Shown: positions 54,423-64,000 of the stretch, piece after piece
Position numbering within the stretch: position 1 is the first letter of the stretch
Layout: each line of letters starts with the position of its first letter
Origin: an uncultured Candidatus Altimarinota bacterium
GTDB lineage: Bacteria > Patescibacteriota > Gracilibacteria > BD1-5 > UBA2023
DNA: 64,000 nt
NCBI GenBank assembly: GCA_963763105.1
Contig: CAVXMT010000005.1
Coordinates: 4,685 to 68,684, forward strand
Direction: 5' to 3'
Notes under the pieces: model-generated
The model's input: the letters and a program-made list of their open reading frames with translations, nothing else
Told to the model about the DNA's origin: nothing
Databases searched by the model: none
Program-made: the position numbers and the translations under genes

Positions 54423-56774
54423 TTACATTCCATTGTTTTTTGGAACCTTATAATATTCGAGAAGATACTGAGCAATCTGAGAAAAAAGTGCGGATGATGT
54501 CGTCTCAGAGTAGATACCAGACCTAGGGCGATTGATCGAGACAATAAGAACAAATTTTGGATTATTTGCAGGAGCATATCCTCCATATGAAGTGATAGTA
54601 TGTCCAATATCTTGGCCGAGAATACGATTCTCATACCCTCATTTCATTGGGATTTGTGATGTTCCTGTCTTTCCAGCAATTGTATAGCCTGCAACTCATC
54701 ATTTTTTCGCAAAACCATTTCGTACACTATCGATAAGCATAGCGGTAACTTGTTTTGAAGTCCCTTCTTTTATTACTCTCCTTATTGGAGTTGGTATGGT
54801 ATCAATCTTTCTTCCATCAGGGTAGGTCAAAGATTCGACGATATACGGCTCCATATAGAGTCCACCATTTGCGAGAACAGAGTATGCGGCGGCCATTTGT
54901 AGAAGTGTGATATTGATTCCTTGGCCGAATGCCATAGTAAAAAATTGTGTGCGTGACCATTTCTCGTAGGGGCTGATCTGTGCATAATGTTCCCCATCAA
55001 GTGTGATATTTGTCTTTGTTCCGAGTCCAAAATCCCCAATATATTTATTGAAAAGAGAAGGCCCAACTTTTTGGATAATGTCGATCATTCCAACATTACA
55101 CGACCAATCTACAGCGTGTATATAAGTATGAAGACCACTACATTGCGATGCGAGATTTGATATTCTTCATTTTTGCCCTCCGCCATAATCAAGCTCCACA
55201 TAGCCTTTGTCATAGTATGTATCCGTTGGAGTGATCTCACCAGAATCTATACCAATAGCCACAGTGATAGCCTTGAATACTGATCCGGGCTCGTAGAGGG
55301 CGGTGATAATATCATTTGTATAGACTCATGCTCCATATTTGTTTTTATATTTATATTTTGGTATGGCGAATGTTGCAATCTCATCATCAGTTGCCTCTCG
55401 AAGCTTGAGTCGTTGGCCATCAATATTCGAAAAGAGTGTCCCACTCTGAGTGTCGACGACAAAAAGAGGAATACCAAAAAGATCAAAACTTGGATTCTCA
55501 TAGCGTGCATAATTTACCTTTTCCATATCATAGACATCAGTAAAACTATTTGGATCAAAATCAGGGTAATTGACCATAGAAATGATTGCCCCTGTCTTTG
55601 GGTCCATTACGATCACACTTCCTTTATTTCCTCGAAATTCTTCGATAGCTTTCGCGAGACGCGTTGATATTTCTTTCTGTATATTTCGATCAATTGTGAG
55701 AGTAATATTCACATTATTTTTTATACTCAATCAGTCCTTTCATGTGTAGAGTCCGATCGGTCTTCAGGCAGCATCTTTTACAACTCTTTGTGTGGGACTC
55801 TCAGTTTGGAGGGTATCTTCAAAGTATCACTCAATTCCATACTTTCCTTTTCCTTCATGATCGACAAATCCTGTGATTTGACCAGTAATATTCCTTTCAG
55901 GATAAAAACGAATAAGATTTTCACTGTTATCAATATCTTCCTGTTTGATAAAAGGGAGAATACTTTCTTCCAAAGTAATTTCCTTATTTTTTATGGCGTC
56001 TCTTTCCCTCGAGAGTCTTTTGAGTACAGCATCTCGCGTACTTACATTTATATTTTTGATAATATCAAGATGTGCTCTTTTTCGAAGAGATAAAGACTTC
56101 TGAACTTCTATAGCAGGAATACCCAGGGCGTCTGAAATTTTTACGCTAAGGGCATTTCTATCGATTATTTTTGTAGGATTGACCCAGAGATTATTCGCTA
56201 TAAAATAAAGCGATGGTTCCTGCCATGCCATAACTCGCTGTATATTCGCTTCATCTAAATTTTCTTTTATCAATACTTCATCCCGAGGTGAATCAATCTT
56301 TGACTGAAGGTATGTTTTTATTCTATTTTTGAGATCTGAGACCGTGATATTCTTTTCGAGACTAAGATCACTCCGGAGGTAGGTACTCATATTTTCGAGA
56401 CAGGGAGTTGTCGAATAGGTACAGAACTCCTCAAAAACTATATCAGAAAGAAAAGTAGTAAGCTTATCTCGAGATCCTGTCTGGGATGGGTCAATCGAGA
56501 GATTTCCAAGATTGGTTGATACGGCGAGAGCTCCCTTAAGGGAAGAATCGGAAGAATAAATACTTCCGCGTGAGACAGGATTCACAACGACTTTCGTTTG
56601 TTGTTCATAGGCTATTTTCTTATAAAAAGTACCGTTGATGACTGTATAACTAAATGTCGTAATAAGCAAAAAAATGACATAGAGTATTCCAAAATACCAT
56701 ATAATTCCAATGCGATCAAGCCGCTTGAAATGATTGTAAATGAGCGTGAGAATGTGTTCGAGAGAAAACTTCAT
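54423..56774 (-). CDS. penicillin-binding protein 2 / FtsI-family transpeptidase
   Basis: N-terminal TM segment. SxxK (GSVFKAIT), SxN (WSCNVG), KTGT (AGKTGTS). All inter-ORF junctions verified. TAA stop at 54423. Confidence 0.9.
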
Positions 56775-56780
56775 GGAAAG

Positions 56781-57677
56781 TTAGTTCAGTTTTTTTCTAA
56801 TGGGTATTATCTGAAAATCGCGGAAATTCGCAAAAAGTGAAAGTGTTGGCGAAGAAGAGATAATAGTAATATCAAATTTTTGAGATAGAGCTATATATCG
56901 AAGGATATCAAGGTTTTTTATTCGAGTTGGATATTGATAATATTCCATGCCAAATGCGTCTTCTATATATATGATATGTTTGTATTTTTCGAGATTATAG
57001 TAAAGAAGTCGCCGAGTTCAAACAATTATTTTATATTTCTTTTCATAGATATCGATCCATCCTTGAGATCTCCGCGTGGGAGTGGATTCTGCATAGAATT
57101 TCGAGTATGTGAGTGTTGTATTTTCTTGCCCCAATTTCTCTAGATTCGTATCGATAGCATCTTCAAATGAAGAGAGAAACATATCATCAGGGAAAATAAA
57201 AACAGCTCCTTCCTCAAGAAAATTCTCTATATTAGTAGATGGATTGAATATTGTATCGACAAAGTTCAAGATTCTTAGTTGAGGATTATTTGTATTTTCC
57301 TCGTTTGATGAGTGATTCTTAAGAAGATAATTCTTTTTATCGAGACGAGATTGGAGCGGAACAGGAAAAAACAGTGCAAGGGCCTTGTGAATGGGGAGAG
57401 AATATCGACCTGCTATCGAGAGTATAGCAGTGAGAATATAGGGAGGGAGAAGAGGGATAGAAGAAATAACAGATAGTATTGGCTTAATAGATTCTAGAGG
57501 AATATCATTGGGTGGGGCGAATCCTATAGATGCCACTATTCACCTCTCGATATAATGTCATATTGAAACTTCGACCATTCCTCCCATGACAATTTGCTCT
57601 GACCAAGTAGAAGTGACAAAATATGTATATGGACGCGGATGAAGTGATCGGGAAAGAGGAATGACAGCAATGTACAT
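56781..57677 (-). CDS. short, degenerate PriA-like protein (N-terminal DNA-binding region only; no Walker A, no Zn-finger or C-terminal half)
   Basis: MYIAVIPLSRSLH-PYTYFV...GGMVEVSI...GIVASIG and LLPPYILTAILSIAGRYSLPIHKALALFFP resemble the PriA N-terminus. VGTRRLL and IIYIEDAF sit where GTRSA and DEEHD are expected. Confidence 0.55.
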
Positions 57678-57715
57678 GTAAAAAGTATATGAAAAATCCT
57701 TGAGAAAGGAAAGAT

Positions 57716-57743
57716 AAATAAAAAACCACCCATGTTGGGTGGT
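57716..57743 (-). terminator. terminator after the 57762..58250 gene
   Basis: Minus strand: CCACCCA-aca-TGGGTGG followed by TTTTTTATTT. Confidence 0.55.
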
Positions 57744-57761
57744 GAATATAATTTTCATGTT

Positions 57762-58250
57762 TTAAAGTCAGAGACTTTTTTTCAGATCTTCCGCTTTCTG
57801 TGCATCAGCATTTGATGCGATTTGAGCTTTTATTTCCTCGATATAGATATCCTTGAGTTGTTCCCACTCATTTTGAGCTTTTCCTACAAGACCCTTGATA
57901 ATCTCACCTTCTGTTGGCATAAGCTTACGGAATTCGACACGTTCATCTTCGAAAACCTTTACGAGTTCATCGATCTGGAATTGAGAAAGCGTTGGAATTG
58001 CATCAATAACTCGTTTTTTCTCGAAAGTCGAGAGTGAAAGTGAATGTTCAAGAAGGTTCATGAAAGAACTCTCATCGAATGTCGTAAGTGGATGAACAAG
58101 AAATCTTTTTGCGATTTCCTCATTTGAGGTTTTTGGACGAGGTGGAGGTGGCGGAGGAAGTGGTGTACCGCCTTGATCACCTATTTGAGGAACTGGAGGA
58201 TTTTGTCCTGTACCAGGATTCTGGTCAGTTTGAGGTTCGGACATATACAT
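57762..58250 (-). CDS. hypothetical protein with Pro-rich N-terminus
   Basis: The track ORF is extended two codons past its TGA (57768) to the TAA at 57762. PLPPPPPPRP linker followed by a helical domain. Confidence 0.6.
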
Positions 58251-58306
58251 AAAATTAGATAATTTTATTATAGACTCATTTTCTTGTTTTTCAAAAGATT
58301 TTTCTT

Positions 58307-59077
58307 TTATGTACGGAATCGACTCATTTCGACCTTTTTTTGTGCCTCTTGCCAGAGAGAGTCAGATATGTCAGCATTGTTGTATACCATCTCTACATCC
58401 TCATCTTCTTCACATGCTTCGAGAAAACTATAAAGCTGAAGAATATGGCCTGAATCAGTCGTTTCAATATAGGTCTTTGGTCTATAGATAAGACTTGCTG
58501 TATCTATAGTGTATCATCCACCTTTTAGGGAATTTTTTACACTCATGAGTTTTTCACGAGAAGTGATGACGGAGATAACTTCTCATTCGATAGAATAGTC
58601 GAGAGCATCTGTCTCAAGGATACTATTCTCGAATGCTTCCATATCTTCAGGAAGTATAAGTCTAATCTCTCCAATATGATCAAAAATATAATTTGAAACT
58701 GATCCCGTTTCTCCAAGATTTCCTCATACGGATGAGAAAATATGACGAATACTTGGAGCTGTACGATTGCGATTATCAGTAAGTGCTTTTACGATCACAG
58801 CAATACCTCATGGAAGATAGCCTTCATAGAGAATTTCTTCGACTTTCTTTGTATCAGTATCAAGCCCTGCTCAGCGCTTGATAGCTCGATCAATGACATC
58901 AATATTGACTCAAGCTTTTTTTGCTGTCGTTATTGCATCAGCAAGGGCATTATTCTGTCATGGATCTGCTCCACGTTCTGCAGCGAGAGCAATAATCTTT
59001 GAATGAATAGCATACGTTTTTGATTTTGCTTTGGCACCAGCTTCTTTCTGAGCCGCAACTGTTGGTCAGCGTCACAT
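58307..59077 (-). CDS. yebC: YebC/PmpR-family transcriptional regulator
   Basis: M-G-R-G-PTVAAQK..., NALADAITTAKKA-G-VNIDVIDRAIKR-G-AG, YEGYLP-G-GIAVIV, NRNRTAPSIRHIF. Confidence 0.88.
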
Positions 59078-59082
59078 AGGTG

Positions 59083-59110
59083 TAGAGTTTAGATAATAGA
59101 GTTTAGGATA
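59083..59110. repeat. 14-mer x2 tandem in the yebC leader
   Basis: tagagtttagataa, tagagtttaggata. On the coding strand this reads ...TCCTAAACTCTATTATCTAAACTCTAcacctATG, the same CTAAAC/TCTAAA motif as the r-protein leaders. Confidence 0.8.
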
Positions 59111-59133
59111 TGAAAATACAAGAGAAAAACAAG

Positions 59134-59869
59134 TTACAATTTTTTTATCCAGTACATCCATTCCTCATTCCCTGCCTCTCCAATGACAGTTGATTTCTCT
59201 TTTTGCAAAATTTCGCAAGATGAAGACTCAAGAAGATCTTCCCATATTTTCATTTTTTCTTCGATGATTTTTTCTCATTTTGGAATGCCAGTCTTTCGAA
59301 GATTTTCAGCACCAACTTCGAATTGAGGCTTATAGAGAAGGAAAATATTTGTCGATATATTTGCGAATCTGAGTATGGCAGGAAGTATTATTGTTATAGA
59401 AATAAAAGAAACATCGCAGGTGATAATATCATATTGTTTTTTCTGATTTTGGAATGTACGAATATCCGTCTGCTCATATGAAGTCACTCGCGAATCAGCG
59501 CTGATTCTTGTATCAAGCTGGCCTGTACCGACATCGACAGCATCTACGTGAAGTGCTCATTTTTCGAGAAGTACCTGAGTGAATCCTCCTGTCGAAGCAC
59601 CAATATCGAGACAATCACTTCCTGTAATTATCAACTGTCAATTATCAACTGTCAATTGTTCTAAAAATCCATCAAGTTTTCCAGCACTCCGAGACACCCA
59701 ATGAAGTCGCTTATCTTCAACAAGGCTAACGGTATCAGTCCCAGTAATATCAAAAGAAACTTTTGTTATGATTTTTGAATTGACGAGAACAAGTCCAGGA
59801 TTCGATAAATTGTTTTGCTTTATTTCTCGTAAATCCATACTGGAGAGCAATGTGTTGATCAAGTCGCAT
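59134..59869 (-). CDS. tlyA: TlyA-family rRNA 2'-O-methyltransferase; needs a +1 frame change near 59797
   Basis: The S4-like N-terminus MRLDQHIALQYGFTRNKAKQFIES is in the frame of ATG 59869. The rest (GLVLVNSK...DIGASTGGFTQ...TCDVSFIS) is one nt out of frame: GAA TCC t GGA. Confidence 0.7.
59627..59658. repeat. 14-mer x2 tandem array inside tlyA
   Basis: ATTATCAACTGTCA x2 followed by ATTG. The coding strand reads TGACAGTTGATAAT x2, encoding LTVDN-G-QLII. Confidence 0.92.
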
Positions 59870-59871
59870 AA

Positions 59872-60406
59872 TTATTCTTTTATCCAATCTTCTATAAGTA
59901 TTTCGATAGTACCTGACACTTTATTTTTGAGCGCTTCTTTTTCTTCTTTTGTGAACTTTGAGAGTACCCAATCACTGACCTCAAATCTCGGATCACGTCC
60001 AATACCGACTTTTATCCGAGAAAATTCATCATTTCAGAATTTTGCTATGATATCTTTAAGTCCATTTTGTCCACCATGACTTCATTTCTCTCGCTTACGC
60101 ACCTTTCAGAATTCCATATCAATATCATCTGAGATGACCATAAGATCATTTTTTGGATCAAGCTTATAGAAATTCACTATACTTGATACCGCTTCGCCAG
60201 AGAGATTCATATACGTTGTCGGTCTGAAAAGAATAATATCACTTCCAGCCTTTCTTGAGAGAGTTCATTTATGTTTTGACTCTTCCCATTCACCAAAATC
60301 CCATGCTTTATCGGATATACTCAATCATGAGAAATCCGACATTATGTCGAGTATTTTCATATTCTTTTCAGGGATTCCCGAGTCATACGATAAGTTTCAT
60401 AGGCAT
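59872..60406 (-). CDS. pth: peptidyl-tRNA hydrolase; needs a +1 frame change near 60313-60319
   Basis: [30 protein letters not shown] runs into TAA at 60308-60310. The remainder (DKAWDF...[11 protein letters not shown]...[12 protein letters not shown]...RIKVGIGR) is in the +1 frame. Confidence 0.7.
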
Positions 60407-60571
60407 AAGTCTATTTTTTCTTACGAAAAAGTCAATCAGCCAAAAATCTTGTTTTTCATATATTTTTCCTTTTTGTCCAGACATTTTCCTTTTATAAATT
60501 CTCTCGGAATTGACAGAAGACAGAGAAATATGGTAGGATTTTTCTATATTCTCCTTCCTAAAAAATATTTT

Positions 60572-61626
60572 ATGGATATTGACCGATTTCTCTCACTTAT
60601 TGATGATATCATCAAAAATCATATATCAGATCTTCATTTTACGACGGGGGAGTTTCCTTATATTAGAAATAGTGTTGGAGATATGACTCCTGTACAGGCT
60701 TTCGGAAAGCTTACCGAAGCAGATATTGAGACTATTACAACACATTTGGTTGGTAGGACCCTTTCACTGATAGAACTATCGATATATCTTTTGAGCGACT
60801 TCCGACACGTTTTCGTGTAAATATTTCTCGTGTCATTCGCGGAACGACAATCGCTTTTCGTATGATTCCCTCACTTATCCCAGAGCCTGAGTCTATCAAT
60901 CTTCCCAATCATATTCTCGATCTTACACTTGCAGAAAAAGGAATTATTCTTGTCACTGGTCCAACAGGAAGTGGAAAATCGACGACTATGGCGGCTATGG
61001 TCGAGCACATCAATCGTAATTCCCAGCGACATATTATGACTCTTGAAGATCCAGTAGAATTTATCTATCAGAATAAAAAATCTCTTATTCATCAGCGAGA
61101 GCTTGGAAAACAATTTGATACTTTCCCGGATGGAATCCGCTCAATTCTCCGTGAGGATCCTGATGTCATTGTCGTCGGAGAAATGCGAGACCTTGCCACT
61201 ATCCAGACAGCTATCACACTTGCCGAGACAGGACATCTCGTCTTTTCGACACTCCATACCAATGATACTGTCCAGACGATTGATCGTATCATCCAGTCTT
61301 TCCCGCCAAATGAGCAAAATCAGATCCGTATGCAACTTGCTCTCGCTCTTACATGAGTCATTTCTCAGACACTTCTTCCGAGAGCCGATGGAAGTGGACG
61401 AATCGTCGCACGCGAAGTCATGCTTAATAATGATTCTATTCGAAATCTTATCGTCCGCTGAGAAACGCAACATATGTACTCAGTTCTTGAGATTTCAAGA
61501 CAGGAATGAATGGTGCTTATGGACGATTCGATTATTGACCTCTATAGACACAAGCACGTCTCTCGTTCAACAATAGAGAGATACATCCATGATCGGAGTA
61601 GAATCGCTATGTTTACTGATGAATAA
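60572..61626 (+). CDS. pilT: type IV pilus retraction ATPase PilT; frame change (-1) near 60757
   Basis: The N-terminal 62 codons (ISDLHFTTGEFPYIR) are in frame 2. From 60757, frame 1 reads DPFTDRTIDISFERLPTRFRVN, GPTGSGKST, DPDVIVVGEMRD, GHLVFSTLHT. Confidence 0.75.
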
Positions 61627-61631
61627 TCTCT

Positions 61632-62456
61632 ATGCTTAAAAACAGTCTCTTTACATCACTTCTTTCTCTTTGTGAGAAACATGAAGTAGAAACGCGATCT
61701 TTCAAAGGATGAGAAATTGTTCTTGATTATGAATCCAATCATAGTCTTTATATTTTTATATCTTGATGGTATAGTGTCTGGGCCATGAGCTCATTTTGAT
61801 GACTTCATGAAGTATGAGAAATCAATGCTCCAAGTACTCTTGGGGAAGGAATATTTTTTGGATCTTTTAAAAAACCAGTAAAAGTAATCGCAGAATCCGA
61901 GTGAGAAGTTTATATCCTGAGTGAGAAATTTATAGCGAAACTTGCCCGACTGTATCCATCATTTCATGAGCTTCTCATGAGGGCATGTCTTTCGACGACT
62001 AATGAGCGAATCAAAGAAGCGAATACAGAACGATCCATAGGGTATGCTCTTGTCGATGCTCTCGAGACAAATACATTTGGAAATATTCCGACACTTCTCT
62101 CGACACTCAAAAACACCTTTTCTCTTACGGATGTTCTTTGGATTGAGCGGCATGAAGTACTTTCTGATCTTTTCGCATTGAAATATAGAGAATCTCTCTG
62201 AAATATACCAGTCAATGAGCGCATAAAAAATCCAATTTCTGAAAAATCCTATGTCTGTATCAAAAATTTTGTAGATATTGAGTGATATTCTCATATTTTC
62301 CCACTTATTTCTCGGGAAATATGCTATGGATATCTTGTCTATATTCTTCCAATTGACCATATTCCTGGATATGTGCGACGCATCACTGATGATATGATTC
62401 CAAACTGTATTCGACTCATTGAATCTGAATGGAAGTGAGGACATTTGCTGAAATAA
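61632..62456 (+). CDS. cyclic-nucleotide-binding-domain protein with uncharacterised C-terminal domain
   Basis: -G-GEIVLDYESNHSLYIFIS-G-W...LGEGIFFGSF...VKVIAESE-G-EVYIL (cNMP-binding fold pattern). Frame verified from 61632 to 61990. Confidence 0.6.
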
Positions 62457-62552
62457 AGATATATTGAATATTTCTCTTATCTGTCAAATCAAAAACTCTC
62501 GTATTTATCGAGTTTTTTTGTTCTAGAAAAGGGATTGTGGCAGAATATATAC

Positions 62553-64000
62553 ATGCTTAGGCGTATTCTCGCATCTTGTATGGTTGCTATCGTTCTTTTT
62601 TCGAATTTTTGACAGGGAATTTTCGCGGTTGAGATTGAGCCAGTGAACTCACTTGATGTTCTTCCATTCAATACCGAAACAGAGGTAGATCGAGCAAATC
62701 TTCTCGAAACCATAGATTCTCTCGTAACTGATGCTCAAAAAAAGAATGAAGTCATATCTTCTTCTGCACTTCCTGAAGATACTCTCATTCTTCTCGGAGA
62801 AAAACGTTCATTTGATCTCACTCCTTCACTCACTCCTGGATTTATCATTGATCCATTTTCTCATGTTTTTTCTGGGGATACCTCTATCTTGACTAATTTC
62901 CTTGGAGGAAATTCTCCTACTATTTCTGATGATTTTTCGACAGGAACCATGTTCATATCTTGAGAAATTGGGAAGCGTATTCATGTACAAAATGAAATGA
63001 AAAGAAAGGAACATATTCCTTCCGTCACGGGAAATCTTTTTGTAGAAATTGCTACAGGAACGATCATAACAACACTCAGTGGTGATATAATTGATACATC
63101 AAAAATCGGAATCTTTCCTCTTGATTCCAGTAAGAAACTTCAGGCAAAAGCTCAATATGAAGGAAAAATGAAAAATAGAGGAAATAAGAAGAAAGGACTT
63201 GGGCAAGCTGCAGTTGAGGGATTTGAATTTGGGCTTTCGGGGACACATCTCATCTTCTCTTCACCAGTTTCACTTACGATCGAGACACCAAATATGGGCG
63301 AAGGAATGGCAGTTGATATTTTGACACTTCATGCGGGAGACACAAGTTTCCATACTGGATGACTTTCTGTCGATCCAAGTACAGCATGTCAAAATTGAGT
63401 TGCATCAATACCAGGTTCACAGGCGACAGTCAAAAATGGGAAAGTCACATTCTATACTTGTGGTGCTTCGAGCTTCACGATGAATCCCACTGGTGGTACG
63501 GCAGGATCAAATGATCTTAGGATTATCATTGGTGACTGTGCTCAGGCGCAAATATATTACAATAACCTTACGCAAATATATACAGGAAATCCTGCAGCAA
63601 CTGGATGTGGACTGCCAGGACTTTGGGCTGCACTTCGTATCGGTGCGACAACCTACGGAAATGGAGTCTATGGGGTCACAGCGACAGCATGGTCGACTCA
63701 GACAACAACAGGATCAACAAATGGGAATACCTATACAGCTACATCTACGATGACTCGAGTTGTTGGAGCTCTGACATATACACTCATAATTGATTGGGCT
63801 CATACAGCACCAAATAAATATTTTACTTGGTCATATCGTGTCATTGTACCCGCAGGAAATACTGCAAATGTCAGATTTTATTTTGCAAATGATAGTTTTG
63901 TTGCTGGGGCAGATGCAAATGATATTGGATATTTTACAAATACATGAGGACAGACGGTCGGAGTCTATGATAGTGTTGCGAATGTCCTCTCAGCATTTCG
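62553..64000 (+). CDS. large secreted/surface protein, 3' end beyond the window
   Basis: Signal peptide MLRRILASCMVAIVLFSNF-G-QGIFA. T/G/N-rich beta-like C-terminal region. Frames of ORFs 62643, 62997 and 63480 are identical. Confidence 0.65.

Noticed and set aside
57558-57758. The ORF MKIIFTT... as a separate gene or as the true 5' extension of the PriA-like gene.
   Set aside because: It is in frame with the PriA-like ORF under table 25. However, a hairpin plus T-tract terminator (57716-57743) for the upstream gene lies inside it, so the internal ATG at 57677 (MYIAVIPL..., typical PriA N-terminus) is preferred.
1-64000. Apparent mass pseudogenisation: dozens of housekeeping genes split into 60-200-aa ORFs in the supplied track.
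   Set aside because: All fragments are co-linear in one frame, separated only by TGA at conserved Gly positions. Reading TGA as Gly (code 25) restores full-length genes.

Overview
AT-rich bacterial window that is coherent only under genetic code 25 (TGA = Gly; only TAA and TAG terminate). This points to a Gracilibacteria/Absconditabacteria (SR1)-type CPR genome. Almost every fragmented ORF in the supplied track re-joins in frame once TGA is read as Gly. Contents, left to right: rarA, a GT2 glycosyltransferase, pyrG, tRNA-Leu(CAG), a CYTH protein, proS, a SanA-like protein, a RumA-like methyltransferase, a lipoprotein, and a histidine kinase/OmpR pair. An envelope cluster follows (GT2, DedA, GT4, metallophosphoesterase), then pepP, grpE, an RsmB/F-like methyltransferase and ksgA. 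A long ribosomal-protein supercluster (rplC to rplO) is interrupted before secY by an AbiEi/AbiEii cassette bracketed by a duplicated rplO 3' end. A roughly 12 kb mixed segment comes next: a DEDDh exonuclease, a polysaccharide deacetylase, mnmA, a HAD phosphatase, a Fur/PerR-like regulator, an ABC ATPase, ahpC, infB, a nested pair of IS elements and a two-gene cassette of unknown function. The cluster then resumes with infA-rpmJ-rpsM-rpsK-rpsD-rpoA-rplQ-rplM-rpsI-rpsL-rpsG-rpmA-rpmF. The window ends with nusB, rnc, a PBP2/FtsI-type transpeptidase, a short degenerate PriA-like gene, yebC, tlyA, pth, pilT (the last three each with a frame disruption), a cNMP-binding protein and a large secreted protein running off the edge. 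The most unusual signals are three families of short repeats inserted in frame into conserved housekeeping genes: TTGACA-like heptamer/14-mer tandem arrays, a G/C-run palindrome encoding PL(D/V)KGG, and REP-like GTCATT...AATCCAG hairpins. Other notable signals are the AbiE cassette inside the spc operon, Shine-Dalgarno-less leaders built from TCTAAAN heptads, and a precisely resolvable IS-in-IS insertion. All calls come from reading and hand-translating the sequence; no database search was run.
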